Shown here piece after piece: positions 27,923 through 41,407 of a DNA stretch of 64,000 nucleotides. The notes under the pieces were generated by a model. The model searched no databases, was not told where the DNA came from, and saw nothing but the letters and a program-made list of their open reading frames with translations. The stretch spans positions 83,328,001 through 83,392,000 of the forward strand of contig OX597821.1 of NCBI GenBank assembly GCA_951406725.2, read 5' to 3'. Position 1 is the first letter of the stretch. Every line of letters begins with the position of its first letter. The translations under genes and the position numbers were made by a program. Source of the stretch: Octopus vulgaris. Lineage: Eukaryota.

Positions 27923-29907
27923 CACACGTACGGACACACACACACATATATATACACATACACACGCATACATGTTCGTGTGTTTTTGTGTCTGTATTTG
28001 TCCCTCACCACCGCTTAACAACCGGTGTTGGTGCGTTTAAGTCTTCGTGACCTAGCGGTTCGATAAAACTGATAATCACTAACCACTGGGCCATTGTGCC
28101 TCCACACACACACACACACATATATATATATACACACGCACACACATACAATGAGCTTCCTCACAATATCCATCAACCAAATTCCCTCACAAAGCATTGG
28201 TCGGCCTGGGGATATAGTAGAAGACACTTCTCCAAGGTGATGCGCAATGAGACCGAACTCGAAACCATGTGGTTACAAAGTAAGTCGAAAGCTATCCCTA
28301 TTAAGTTTATTTGCACATGCGCACAACCCATATTTTTAGAATCTGTACAAAATGAATGTCGTACTTGTTTTGGACATTTTGCTTCAAACTACAAAGTTCT
28401 GGATATCCTTACGATATCAGTGATTTTTTACTTAGGCATAATGAAGGTTCGGAAGGAATCAATCGATACCATTAATCCTAGTTGTGAACTGGAATTCTAT
28501 TTTATCGATCCTTAGAGGGATGAAAGGCAAAGTGGGCCTCGGTGTGATTTGAACTCAGAATGTAAAGACCCGGAAGAAATACCACGAGGTATTTTCTCTC
28601 CAGCGGTTAAACATTTCTGCCAGCTCGAGGGACCGCGAGTTCGAATCTCAGACCGGGCGATGTGTGTGTTTATGAGCGAAACACCTAAGCTCCACGCGGC
28701 TCCAGCAGAAGGTAATGGCAAACTTCTGCTGACTCTTTCGCCACAACTTTCTCTCACTCTTTCCTCCTGCATCTTGCAGCTCACCTGCGACGGACCGGCG
28801 TCCCGTCCAGGTGGGGAACCTATACGCCAAGGAAACTGGGCCTTATGAGCCAGGCGTGACTCGAGAAGGAACAAACAACTCTTTGGAGAAGATAAGGCGG
28901 CGAGTCGGCAGAATCGTTAACACGCCGGACAAAATTCTGAGCAGTATTTCGTCTGGACAAAATTTTTATCAACATTTCGTTCGCCTTTGTATTCTAAGTT
29001 CAAATGCTGCCGGGGTCGACTTTGCCTTTCATCCTTTCGTGGTCGATAAAATAAATAGTGATCAAGCACTGGAGTCGGTTCAAGCACTGGAGTCGAAGTA
29101 ACCGACTTGCTCTCCCTCTTCAAAATTGCTGACCCTGAGCCATAAGTAGAAAGAATTACGGTTGGAGAACATTTCAAAGTCCCAGCATGGCCAGAGCCTT
29201 GGGCTGAAACCAGTAGTAGAATAACAGAACAGAGAACCCCTGGCACGGAAAACACCAATATAAAATTAGTCAATATATTCCTTGGGAATGGGGGTTTCTT
29301 TCTTTCTTTTTTTTTGTTTAGTTTTTCTTGTGCACGTCTTCGAAATTTGTTCCAGGAAATTCGCTAATTTTCTTTTATAATATAGGAGCACATTAAATTA
29401 CTTAACCCGAATGGAATGTGTACCGCAATATCAATTAGCTGACACAAAACTGGTATGTAGAAGTGTTGTCACATTATCTATATAGCTAGTGACTGGGGTT
29501 TTCCTTGTATGGTCAAAGACTATATTTTAATGATAACAACCAAACCTAAATGAATTAATTGCGTTGATAATAGTCAAATTTGTTGGAGAAATTAAATACG
29601 TAATGCGGAGCTGTAAGTTGGTGCACTGAAGGACAACAATTATTATCTGGTAAATACAACTCTATTCATGTGACAATTTTCTAAACTTCCTCTTAACTAC
29701 TTCTCTTTCTCGCTTGTGTGTGTGTATGGAGGTGGGGTATATGCAAATTGGCGGGGGTCATTAGAAGCGTCGGATAGAATGCGTTGTAGTATCTCTTCCA
29801 GCTCTACGTGCTCAGGGTTCAAATCTAAACACCTGCCACTGGAATAGAAGAACAATGGCATTTCATTTTTGTCAAGAGCTGTGACTAGCAGAAAGTATCA
29901 GTAATGA

Positions 29908-29967
<60 letters not shown>

Positions 29968-30051
29968 GAGGAGGAGGAATTCCAACCGTGTTTCGTGGTT
30001 TGCTACCACAACAGCTCCTAGCAGACCACGAAACGCGGTTGAAATTCCTCC

Positions 30052-30089
<38 letters not shown>

Positions 30090-30109
30090 TATTATTATTT
30101 CATTTCTGA

Positions 30110-30145
<36 letters not shown>

Positions 30146-30339
30146 CCTTTCTACTATAGGCTCAAGGCCTGAAATTTTGATGGGGTGCAAGTCGATTACA
30201 TCGACCGCAGTGCGTAACAGCTACTTATTTTAAAGACCCCGAAAGGATGAAAGGCAAAATCGACCTCGGCGGAATTTGAACTCAGAACATGGCAATGGGC
30301 GAAATACCGCTAAGCATTTCGTCCAGCATGTTAACGATT

Positions 30340-30680
30340 CTTTTATTAGCCACAAGGGCTCACATACAATAACATTAAATGGCATATAACAACATAAAAG
30401 ACAAAAACAGGACAAAACAATGGGTTTTCCGCGTGTAAACAATATAAATAACAATTAAAAATTAAACAAATTAAAACTCCTTGTAGGGGGGGGGGGGCTG
30501 AAGTCCTCGAAGAAAAACCCAGAAAAGCCACAGGTGCCTGATCAACAGGGCAAGAGCCCTTCTTTAATTTTTTCACAGGTACACGCTCAGAATTGGTCCT
30601 TTCACACTGACCATTCTTCCAACATTCACTCACCTTTCAACAAACTTGCTACAAAGCAACACTTCCATCTCCACCCTCAA
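30340..30680 (-). mobile_element. Tx1/L1-like LINE 3' end (ORF2 tail and 3' UTR)
   Basis: LRVEMEVLLCSKFVER*VNVGRMV followed by a T-rich UTR ending cccttgtggctaataaaagaa. Confidence 0.5.
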
Positions 30681-31159
30681 ATTCCAGTATTCTCCATTTG
30701 ATGTAATGCGCAGAGTTTTCTTTCAATGTCGATACATGTCGCGCTAGAATTATGACATTTCACCTCGCTTGGGTATTAACAAGAACTTGTGATTCGTTTT
30801 GGGTTTTATAATAACCGTAAAAACCCATAAACCGGACGCGATATGAAGTTACAAGTGACAAAAAGCCCACGCCATGTTCTTTTTTCCAGTCATTCCTGAT
30901 GATTGCTGGGGCAGCTTCTGGTGTGAAATTAATTGGTAATTTGGCCATTTAAAAGATATATTATTATTACCATTTTTTAATTTTAATCTGCATGTTTGTT
31001 GCAATCATTTGCCGAGACACGCCTAGCGCCATAGATCAAGTGAAGAGTAAGAGATGCTACAGTCTAACTGAAAGCTTGGGGAGGTGAAATGGCAGAGGCA
31101 GTAGCGAAACATCTCCATGTAATACAACACAGATATTTGAATTGATAAAGTTTTTCTAA

Positions 31160-31585
31160 GGATGTGGGCAGTACTTATCAGCACACTCTTTTAGATTTCT
31201 CTTAGACATTGTTCGCCTGGGATGTTGTCTAGATGTTTCCGACACCCCATTTTTTTTTTATCATACCTAGGACACCTACAATACCAGGAACTAAGTTCAT
31301 TATATTCCTTTACAGATATATTTTTATCAGTGGGAACTCTTACAGCTATTAGTCTACAAATATCTTCTTCTTTGTCTTCAATAACCATGTCTGGTCGATT
31401 AGCCTGGGTCATTCTGTAGGTGTTGATTGGAAAATCCCAGAGGATAGTGACATTTTTACCTTCAACAACTGGCTCAGGATGATGTTCATACCAGTAAGCA
31501 AGGGTACCGATTTTGTAGTGTTTACATATTTTCCAATGTAGGTACTGTCTTACCCTTTCGTGGCGATTTTTGTATTGCTTGGCGT
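31160..31585 (-). mobile_element. R4/Dong-like non-LTR retrotransposon fragment (restriction-like endonuclease region)
   Basis: YKNRHERVRQYLHWKICKHY...WYEHHPEPVVEG...ILWDFPI...ANRPDMV...VPTDKNISVKE. Confidence 0.85.
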
Positions 31586-31767
31586 CAGCACAGAACATTC
31601 GAAACGAGATGGTCTTGTTTCGTCAAATATGTCGCAGAATCTGCATTTACAGTTACTACCGTTTTGAAGAACATTAGCCTGATTTTCTGGTAAGCAAGCT
31701 TCGATCTGGTGCCGCTAATATGGAAACTTCTGTCTGTGTTCTCAGCCACCGATGGGCTGCTGCTGAT

Positions 31768-32132
31768 TATTACCTCCTCCTTCACTATGGCGGAGGTATT
31801 GTTTTCAGTCGCGATTGTTTGTTTGTCCGTGGACAAGATATCTCAAGAACCGCTGGATGGATTCCGATGAAATTTTCAGAGATGTTTGGCTTCGTGACTG
31901 GCACGAACTGATAAGATTTTGGGATCGATCTGGTACCGGAGAAGGATTCTGGATTATTTTTCCGATTTTCTTTAACTTAATTTTTGAGAGCAGTCAGGTT
32001 TATTTTTAGTATTCTCGTCTGTGAGAGCAGTTGAGTTTATTTCAGATATTCTCATTTTAAAACTCATCTCTGGCTGATCGTTGAGAGGACATTGATGTTG
32101 CTTTGGTGGAGGTTTGCGCTCTCTGAATGTTC
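31768..32132 (+). mobile_element. Helentron/HINE-like non-autonomous element
   Basis: ttattacctcctcc...ggcggaggtattgttttc 5' end with sub-terminal inverted repeat; ggtggaggtttgcgctctctgaatg 3' end. Confidence 0.65.
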
Positions 32133-33669
32133 CTATTATTATTATTATTCCTTCAGAAGAAAGGATTATTGTGCCTTTAGTAGAAAGGATTATTATTAGT
32201 ATTATTTACCCTTAATCTGCATGTTTGATGCAATCACTTGCCGTGTGTGTGTTTAGTAGAACAAACAGGCTAAATAGAACTCAATACACGAGTGTAAGTG
32301 TTTTATTATTTTTAATCAGAGAAAATATAGAGTGATTCAGAGCCGAGAGTTTCGTGCATGGCTCGTGTGTGTGTGTGTGTGAAGGTACGTGTGCGTCTTT
32401 GTGCAAAGAACAAATTCTCAGCGAGAAGTGAAACAAGAATAGCTGCTGCATGATTTGGAGTGCTCGCAACTGCAGTCGTTTTGATGTGGTTGTTGTGAGG
32501 ACAATGGAAGTTAAAAGCGTTCTACAGTGTGGGTGAATAGAACCAGGGCATTTCTTGGTAGCATGAATACTGCCCAGAACAGTTTGAAAGAGCGATGCTG
32601 TCGGATGGTCCCCAAATTGTTGTGATCGATCGCAGAGTCTACAAGATGCTTACTAAATATTCTTTTCTACTCTAGGCACAAAGCCCGAAATTTGGGGGGA
32701 GGGGGAGGGGGCAGTCGATTACATCGACCCCAGTACTCAACTAGCACTGAATTTATCGACCCCAAAAGGATGAAAGGCAAAGTCGACCTCGGTGGAATTT
32801 GAACTCAGAACGTAGCGACAGACGAAACACCTATTTCTTTACTACCCACAAGGGGTTAAACACAGAGGACAAACAAACGGATTAAGTTGATCACATCGAC
32901 CCCAGTGCGTAACTGGTATTTAATTTATCGACCCCGAAAGGATGAAAGGCAAAGTCGACCTCGGCGAAATTTGAACTCAGAACATAAAGACAGACGAAAT
33001 ACAGATAAGCATTTTGCCCGGCGTGCTAACGTTTCTGCCAGCTCACCGCCTTATGTTTCCTATATATTGTATAATAATTCTTTCTAGTCTATGAACAAGA
33101 CCATCAATTTTGAAGAGGTTTAGTCGATATCGTAGTAATTGATTGACCCCGGAGGGATGAAAGCAAAGCCGTCCTTGACGCGATGCATTAGGACTGAGAA
33201 CGTAAATACCGCTTACCATTTTTCTCGATGAATCTAACGATTCGACCAATCCGCTAAATAATGGTTTCAAATTTTGGCTCAAAACCAGCATTCTTTTTTT
33301 TTTTTTTTTTGAGAGGATAGGGCTAGTCGATTATATCGACTCCAGTACTTCACAGGTACTTATTTTATCGACCCGGAAAGGATGAAAGTCAAAGTTGACC
33401 CTCGACGGATTATAAAGACGAACAAAACACCGCAAGAATTTTGTCCGGCTTGCTAACGATTTTGCTAGCACACCGCCTTCCACCGAACCAAATTGAGGTT
33501 TTTTTCCCCCCGTCACTGTCGATGCCATCTTAAGGCACGACTGCACCGTGGATTTTCTCAGGAATCACACGGGTCTAGCGGCCCAATTTTGATCTAAGTA
33601 TGTAAGTGTCAATTTATAGATGCTGTAGGTCCCAGTATATTGATTTTCATAAGGGTCTGTAATATTGCT

Positions 33670-33910
33670 CTGACGGCCCTGCTAAATGTTACCAGAACAA
33701 CGCCACTCTAAAACAGTTTTCAAATGGACGCCAGTGGAAGGGAATAAAGAAGAGTGGGAGAACGAAAACTACAGGGTGCATAACGGGACACAAGAGAAGC
33801 TGGTGTCATATGGCCAGGTGCCGAGAAAACCCTCAGCCAAGAGGAGCCGGTGGCATCAACTTGTTGCCCAATGCATTCGAGAGCACAGGAAGAGCTGATA
33901 CGGACTGAAC
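33670..33910 (+). mobile_element. RTE-like LINE 3' fragment
   Basis: MLPEQRHSKTVFKWTPVEG...AKRSRWHQLV resembles the RTE ORF C-terminus. Confidence 0.55.
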
Positions 33911-34440
33911 GATAGACAAATTCCTAGATATCCCACAATTAGTCCCACGGAGGTACGTAATTGCAACTACATGACGCAAGCGCGATATAATTTTCGATGT
34001 TCGGTTTGTAGTAGTAGTAATAGTTGTGACTAGGCCTCTAGTGAAGCTATGATAAAAGGCCTTCCAGCCGTGCCCATCCCGTCCGTTTTATTCATATTAG
34101 CGACTACTATACTGTGCACTGCATCCTTTCATTTTTAAGGTGGGATGCGATTTGAGGGAGCTTAGAGTTTTGGTTGCTATTTTTAGCGATCATGTTGTTC
34201 CTAGCTTTATCCACATACGCCGAACTTTGTATGCATGCACACACACACACAAATATACATATATATGCACTAGAACGTTTGCAGACATATGCATTCATAA
34301 TTGCATGCATATATATATATATATGCACGCGGGTGTACATACTTCAATAAGATTATGCTTAACGCCATAATCAGGAAAGCATCACTTTCCATAAATTGAC
34401 AGGACTTGTCGTTATCATCCGAGACTTAGCAAAGCATTTG

Positions 34441-34772
34441 ATTGGTTTCCCGGGAATGTGACGTTGGGTTTCCATAGCGATCTCCACGACAGCTTCTGTA
34501 GCAAAATTCCAATAATGTCAGGAATGCGGTGAAGGAAGTAAATGCCGGTAAGAGAGATATTAGCCAGTGGCTGGCTTGCTGCGATCGGCCAATCGCTAAC
34601 CTGATGTTTTGCGCTGACCAACCAGTGAGAGGGCATCACAGAACTGTCAACCATAGGATAGTTTCCAACCAATAAAATTGCGATATGTTGTTTAATTTAA
34701 TTAAACATTACCTGAACCAAGGTAGCTATGTCAGCTGATGCCAACTCTCTAGATATCATGAAATAGCAACGA
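34441..34772. promoter_or_regulatory. CpG-retaining promoter-like segment
   Basis: ATTGG 34441, TTCCCGGGAA 34447, TGACGT 34459, X-box-like GTTTCCATAGCGAT 34468, CCAAT 34589 and 34669. Confidence 0.4.
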
Positions 34773-35632
34773 GGATGATGGTGGTGGTGGTGGTTGCGGT
34801 ATTTCATTTCCTTTGTCTCCAGCAAATCGATGAAGAGAGAAAAGAGAAGGTTGAGTTGGAAAATAGGTAAAAGGATTTCGTTATATTTCTAATCAAAGGT
34901 AAAAAAAAAAAGTGTACCCACGACATTTTGCAGGGTCTCTGAGATGCTTTATATTTCTAATTTCGTTGGTGTGGGAATAAAGAGAAGAAACCAGAATTCA
35001 GGTATCGTTATAGTAGTAGGCATCACATCAGTTTATCGAGTTAACCTTGAAATAGGGACACTGACAAAATACCTGTAACAAAGTGGACCCTTCTAAAGTA
35101 TTCAGATGGTGGTATTAAACCGGGCAATGGGGTGTCAAAAAACGGTTGAATGTTGGATTAAAAAGTCACGTGATATTTCTTTTTCCTTTTTTTAATATTT
35201 TACTTACTGGGACTGTAGGCAGGGACAGTGACCAAGGCCTTCTCAGACCACTGAGATTTTAAGAAGAACGTCCATATTTAACTAAAGTTCTGCTTGAAAT
35301 GTTCCAAGTCGAGATCTGCAGCTAAGACATGAACAAGGGAGGCGAGTTCTAAAGGGATTCAGAGCCGCCTTAGCAGCACTGTGGGGCAAATCAGTATTTA
35401 TTTATTGACAGCAAGCCACAAAATACACAGGTCACGTTTGGACCTCTAGATCCGTGGGGCCCCTGGGCAACTGCCCGGCGTACCCATGAAGAGTGGCGTT
35501 CTGAGAATGAAGGAGTGAACTTTGTGGTTAGTGTGGGATATGAGGAGAAACAATACGGGTGACGAGTGAATCGGGGTGGGGACTGAGTGGATGCTATTAT
35601 AGTAGCAGTCGAAAAAGCGAAAAAGTGAAGAT

Positions 35633-35965
35633 GCATGGTTCAGTGGTTAGAGCGTCGAGCTTACGATCGTGAGGTTGTGAGTTCGAATCCTGGATCAGGC
35701 TGCGTGTTGTGTTTTTGAGCAAGACACTTTATTTCACGTTGCTCCAGTTCACTCAGCTGTAGAAATGAGTTGCGACGTCACAAGGGCCAAGCTGTATCGG
35801 CCCCTTTTGCCTTTCCCTTGAATAACACTGGTGGCGTGGAGAGGGGGAGGCCGGTATGCATGGGCGACTGCTGGTCTTCCATAAACAACCTTGCCAGGAC
35901 TTGTGCCTGGGAGGGTAACTTTCTAGGTACAATCCCACGGTCAGTCATGACCGAAGGGGGTCTCA
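35633..35965 (+). mobile_element. tRNA-derived SINE family D; second copy at 38448-38785
   Basis: tggttcagtggttagagc...gagttcgaatcc A/B boxes, then ttgagcaagacactttatttcac. Confidence 0.85.
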
Positions 35966-36241
35966 AGAAAAAGCGAAGAGTGGAACCAGTACATTTGTAG
36001 GTCAGAGGTTGAATCGTGTCTGTGAGATATTTAATTACGTTCTTTTGTCATGGAGTTCAAATCCTACCAAAGTTACTTTTATTTTTTTTTATTTTCTTGG
36101 GATCAGAAAAAGAAGCACGGATTTCATACAGGGGGTCGATGTAATTGACTACATACATCTCACAAAAATTTGGGATGCTGCGTATCTATTAGACTTTCTT
36201 ACAGCTATATAACTTACTGCTTTCTTCATTTGTTACATTTA

Positions 36242-36285
<44 letters not shown>

Positions 36286-37229
36286 CTTTTTGGGATTAGA
36301 ATCTGGAGTTAAATTTTAAGGATTAAGTTTAGTGTTACGTTAAAGGTCAACGTTTGGCATTACAATTATTTACGTTTAGAGTTAGAGTTAACGGTTTAAG
36401 ATTAGAGCAGGGTTAAAGATTAAAAATCAGAGATTATGGTTGGAGAGACCGCGGTTGGATTTTGGGATTTAGTTGATAATTTTTTACTTGCAGTCATGCT
36501 GGGGCACCGCCTTGAAGGGTTTAGGTGAACAAATCAACTTCAGTCTGGTATATGTATTATATTACTTTCTTTTGCTGAAACGCTAAGTTACATGGATGTA
36601 AACAAACGAACATCGGTTGTCTTAACATCACATGATATTTACAGTCTTCTATGAAAAAAAAAAATATAGGCGCAGGAGTGGCTGTGTGGTAAGTAACTTG
36701 CTAACCAACCACATGGTTCCGGGTTCAGTCCCACTGCGTGGAATCTTCGGCAAGTGACTTCTGCTATAGCCCCGGGCCGACCAATGCCTTGTGAGTGGAT
36801 TTGGTAGATGGAAACTGAAAGAAGCCTGTCGTATATATGTACATATGTATATGTATGTGTGTGTGTTTGTACTCCTAGCATTGCTTGACAACCGATGCTG
36901 GTGTGTTTACGTCCTCGTCACTTAGCGGTTCGGCAAAAGAGACTGATAGAATAAGTACTGGGCGTACAAAGAATAAGTCCCGGGGTCGATTTGCTTGACT
37001 AAAGGTGGTGCTCCAGCATGGCTGCAGTCAAATGACTGAAACATGTAAAAGAGTAAAAGAGAGAGTATCTCGCTATGGACGAACATAGCTTAGCTTGGTA
37101 ACAGGTGAGGGTTGACAACAGGAAAGAGATCCAACTGTAGAAAATCTACCCTCAACAAATTCTCCTCAGATTCAGGCTAGAAAGGAAAAGTGGACATTAA
37201 ACGGCGATGATGATGATGATGATGATGAT

Positions 37230-37700
37230 TACAAGTCCATACCAGAACAGTCTTTTCTCTTGCACATGACATCTGATTATTTTTCATCCAGCTTTCCTTT
37301 CAAATTCACCTGTGCCTCATTGATCATGCACACCAACGTTAGAAATCCAGTGAAAAATTCTTTCCAGATTTTGAACATTTTCTGCATTCAGTGCTTATGT
37401 CTTCACATCACACATTTTGTACACAAATGTAGAATCCATTCTTCACTGAAAGAGAGAATCCTTTTGTTGCCAGCAGAAGGAATAACACCCTGAACTTTCT
37501 CCACTCTGTTCTTAATCTGGCTTTTATGTTTTCAGTTCAGAGCATCCACTTGCACAGTTGATAAGGGCAGCTCCATAACAGAAGCTAGGAACCCCCACTA
37601 AGGAGCATTCTGAGCAATGGAAAAAAGAAATTATTTCCCTGATGCTTTTATTTCCAACTATTTCTGTGTATCCTTGTTCTTCCTTGTATCAGTCCTGCCT
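37230..37700 (-). mobile_element. Highly decayed RTE-like RT fragment
   Basis: Fragments reading SFCY...GCSE...RI...KFR.L.LL.TKG.SL across frameshifts. Confidence 0.5.
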
Positions 37701-39722
37701 ATAATTCCACTGCACCTTCTGTGCACACGTGGTTTAGTTCCAGTGCAGAGTATAAAATTCCAACCTACACCTTTTCTCCATATCAGAGTTTGTAGATTTT
37801 GACTTGATATATAAATAAATGCTTATTAAATAAGCCAGGTTCAGTTGTATATAATTGGCTTTTAAGATAAGCCACAGATAGCTTCAATATAAACAAGCAA
37901 CCAACTAAAATAATAGCCAGCTTCCTCTTCTGTAAGTGATAAATAGACTTTATTTAAAAGCAGCAATGATTGACAAAGCAACATGTATTGAACATTAAGT
38001 ACAAAACACACCACAGAGTTACAAGCTTGTTACACATTGCTCCAGCATGTTCACAGATATAATGACCTGAGTAATCTAAAGGGCAGAATGCCTACAGTCT
38101 TACACAGCTTACCACTGTGTTATGGCATTACAAATTAATCACAAAACACTGTATGTTACAAATCAGATATTCACTTCAGTGTTAAAGATGTTCAAGGCTA
38201 GTGACAGTATTTCATGCCAGTTACATAACATTACTGTTACATCATTGTTACAGCAATGTATGTTACATAATACACAATGTACACAAAGATGTTAACACAC
38301 CACAGTGTTACAAGTCAGTTATACTCTCTCCCTATATTAACAACCAGTTATATAACATATAGATTTGTTATGTACTGGCTTGTTTTTATAATTTTTTCCC
38401 TATAAATCTAAAACTCAGTGTCTCTCTTATGTACTGTCTTTTATGTGTCATGGCTCAGTGGTTAGAACGTTGGACTCACAATCATGAGATAGTGAGTTCA
38501 ATTCCCAGACTGGGCTGTGTGTTGTGTTCTTGAGCAAGACACTTTATTTAATGTTGCTCCAGTTCACTCAGCCGTAGAAGTGATTTGTGATGTCACTGGT
38601 GCCAAGCTGTATTGACCCCTTTGCCTCTCCCTTGGATAACACCAGTGGCATGGAGAGGGGAGGCTGGTATGCATGGGCAACTGCTGGTCTTCCATAAAAC
38701 CACCTTGCCCAGACTTGTGTCTCAGAGGGGAACTTTCTAGGTGCAATCCCATGGTCATTCATGACTGAAGGAAGACTTTACCCTGTATGCCGTTGCCTAG
38801 AAGAAGGAGAATTAATCAATATATGGAAATATAAACACTTCACAAATGAAAAAGTTTTATTGTAACAACTTTCAAACAGTAACATTAACAACTTCATTAC
38901 CAAACAAAGAAGGGTGAAATGGCTTGCTCAAGAAGACAATACCTGCAGTAGGCTATAAGCTGACAACTCATGAGTTACATGCCTCATCTTATCCTCCTAG
39001 ATATTGTACTTTCTTTAGTAAAGAAACAGTAAAAGCTAATTAATAATCAAAGCATGAAGAAAGGAGGAGATATGATGAGCTGAGATGGCTGAATGGATAA
39101 GACAGCTTTGATCTAACTGCTCGTCAGATTTCAAGTTCAAAACTGCTCCTGGCATTTCCTTTTGAGTCTGGTCAGAGGACTTTACAAAAAACATCATGTC
39201 AGTTTGCTTAGATGTTTGGGAATAAGCATCAGATCACTCGGTGAATGTTCAGCCCTGAACAAATTCAGCTGACCATTTTGTTCTGTCTTGCCACTGAATC
39301 AGGTGACTGGTTCTTTTGAATACAGGCTACATGTAAAGGGTGGATGTCTACAACAGAACATTCCCACATTCCATGCAGCAAATTCTTCATGGCACTTACA
39401 CCTCAGTGGATATTCTGCTTATTATGTGTGCGAGCATTTGCATGTGTTATAACTGATATATATATATATACACATTTATATATATACACCTTTATATATA
39501 TAGTAAGGTATCCTTAGCCATACACCTAATATGTCAGTAAGTAAAAGAAAAGGAAAGAGAGAGAGAAATAGAGAATAAATGAGAGGGAGAGAGAGAGAGA
39601 GAGAGAGAGAATTCAATACATCTGAGGACTAAGTTTGTTATTTTATATTTCAGTCTACTTAAAACTTGCAAGATATTTGCATTTAGATGAGGCAGCATAC
39701 AAATCGTAAGTGAACTTTGTAA

Positions 39723-39754
<32 letters not shown>

Positions 39755-40049
39755 CGCGTGTGTGTGTGTGTGTGTGCGTGCGCGCGCGTGTGTGTGTGTG
39801 TGTGTGTGTGTATGGTCAAGCTGAACAGCACTGGAATTTAATTAACTATGTGACCTGATAACCAGATTCTTGTCTGGAATGTTTATGGTGGGCTCCATGC
39901 AATTCTTTGAATCCAATTCGTATATATATATATATATATATATATATGAATTAAAATAATGAGGGTAGAAATTGATATCAATCAACATCAATTTAAACCA
40001 GGGGTCTAGCATATTAAAAAAAAAATCCAAAGATTTAAAAATTATATTA

Positions 40050-40357
40050 CAATTAATAAGAGGAATGGCCACTAAAGTGGATTCCTGTATGCTAAAGATA
40101 GACATCAAATTGCCTTACCACAAAGAGTATGTTCTCAAGAAAAAGACCCAGCAAATGCCAAAATGTAAAAAATAAGCAAGGCAAATGAAAATTTACAAAA
40201 TAAAACGATTACCTACGTAGCATGAATACAGGCAACATGTAAAGGGTGGCGTTTGCTGGGTTTCTTTCTTGAGAACACACTCTTTGTGGTAAGGTGATTT
40301 GATGTCTATCTCTAGCATATAGGAATCCACTTCAGTGGTCATTACTCTTATTAATTG
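40050..40357. repeat. Inverted repeat, ~110-bp arms and ~86-bp spacer
   Basis: 40050-40160 is the reverse complement of 40247-40357 with scattered mismatches. Confidence 0.9.
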
Positions 40358-40371
40358 CTATATATATATTA

Positions 40372-40461
<90 letters not shown>

Positions 40462-40514
40462 GTATGTATTAATTATCAAATGCAAAGGAACAGGTATTAC
40501 ATAATCAACTTCAT

Positions 40515-40597
40515 TAGCTTACAGCTGTTTCTGCTATGAGAAGCAGGGTATTCAATGCTAAGTACTCGTGCAACATCTAATAGCTTCCTCATAGCCA
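40515..40597 (-). ncRNA. Degenerate minimal hammerhead motif
   Basis: UGGCU-aUGAGGA-a-GCUAUUAGA...UCUCAUAGC-a-GAAA-C-AGCU-G-UA-AGCUA; core C3 is changed to A. Confidence 0.5.
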
Positions 40598-41407
40598 TTA
40601 AAATGCTATGTATATTTATTATTGAAAGCATTTAAACAGGGTAACACATTAAATCTCGCACACATACTTAAGAGAATTAAAGGATTCCCACTAGACCTAA
40701 GTGCCAAGATAAATTCTACATCATGTCTCCTGTCATGTGCTACAATATTTACAGCCCATAAACCACTCATAAACCACCCAGATACCACACACCTCTTCTT
40801 GTTGATAAATACAAACATCTGAAACAAAAACAATTCAGCTGCCATCAAAATTGAACCAATCAAAGAGATTCTAAACAGTCACCCAACCTATTAGAAATAA
40901 CAGTCAAGTTTCTCTTTAGATAATGATGATATTGTTGCTGTTTAGCACTTTTGTTATCTTGATTGAGTAGACTTACACTGAAAGGTATTCCAACAATGAC
41001 CATCCCACCTTTTTTTCCCACATTATCTTACATGTTTTTTTTTATGATGGTAAGGTGTGATAAGAAGGGTTTGACTGCTATTTCTAGCTGATCACAAAGG
41101 ATCCTGAAGAACAACAACTAAATCAAGAAGATGAATTAACAGCAACAACAAAAGCAACAGGAAATTTCTCAGTGATCACGCAACTCGCTAGAAATAGCAG
41201 TGAAACCCTGTTCAAACTTCCTTTTCCAGTCTTAAAAAAATGAGACAAGATTTATGAAGTCTGAAATACACTATTCATGAAAAAGAGGCAGCATGGTCAC
41301 AACTTTAATGATACTGATTATAGGTCTGCTCAATAAGGGCCTATATGGAGTTAAGACAACGACTGGTACCAAAAAACAAGATAAACACAATAAATGGCAA
41401 TGATGCC

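Noticed and set aside
35633-35700. tRNA-like sequences with A/B boxes (also 7622, 21800-21869, 55999)
   Set aside because: They are SINE heads continuing into repeat bodies, without a complete cloverleaf
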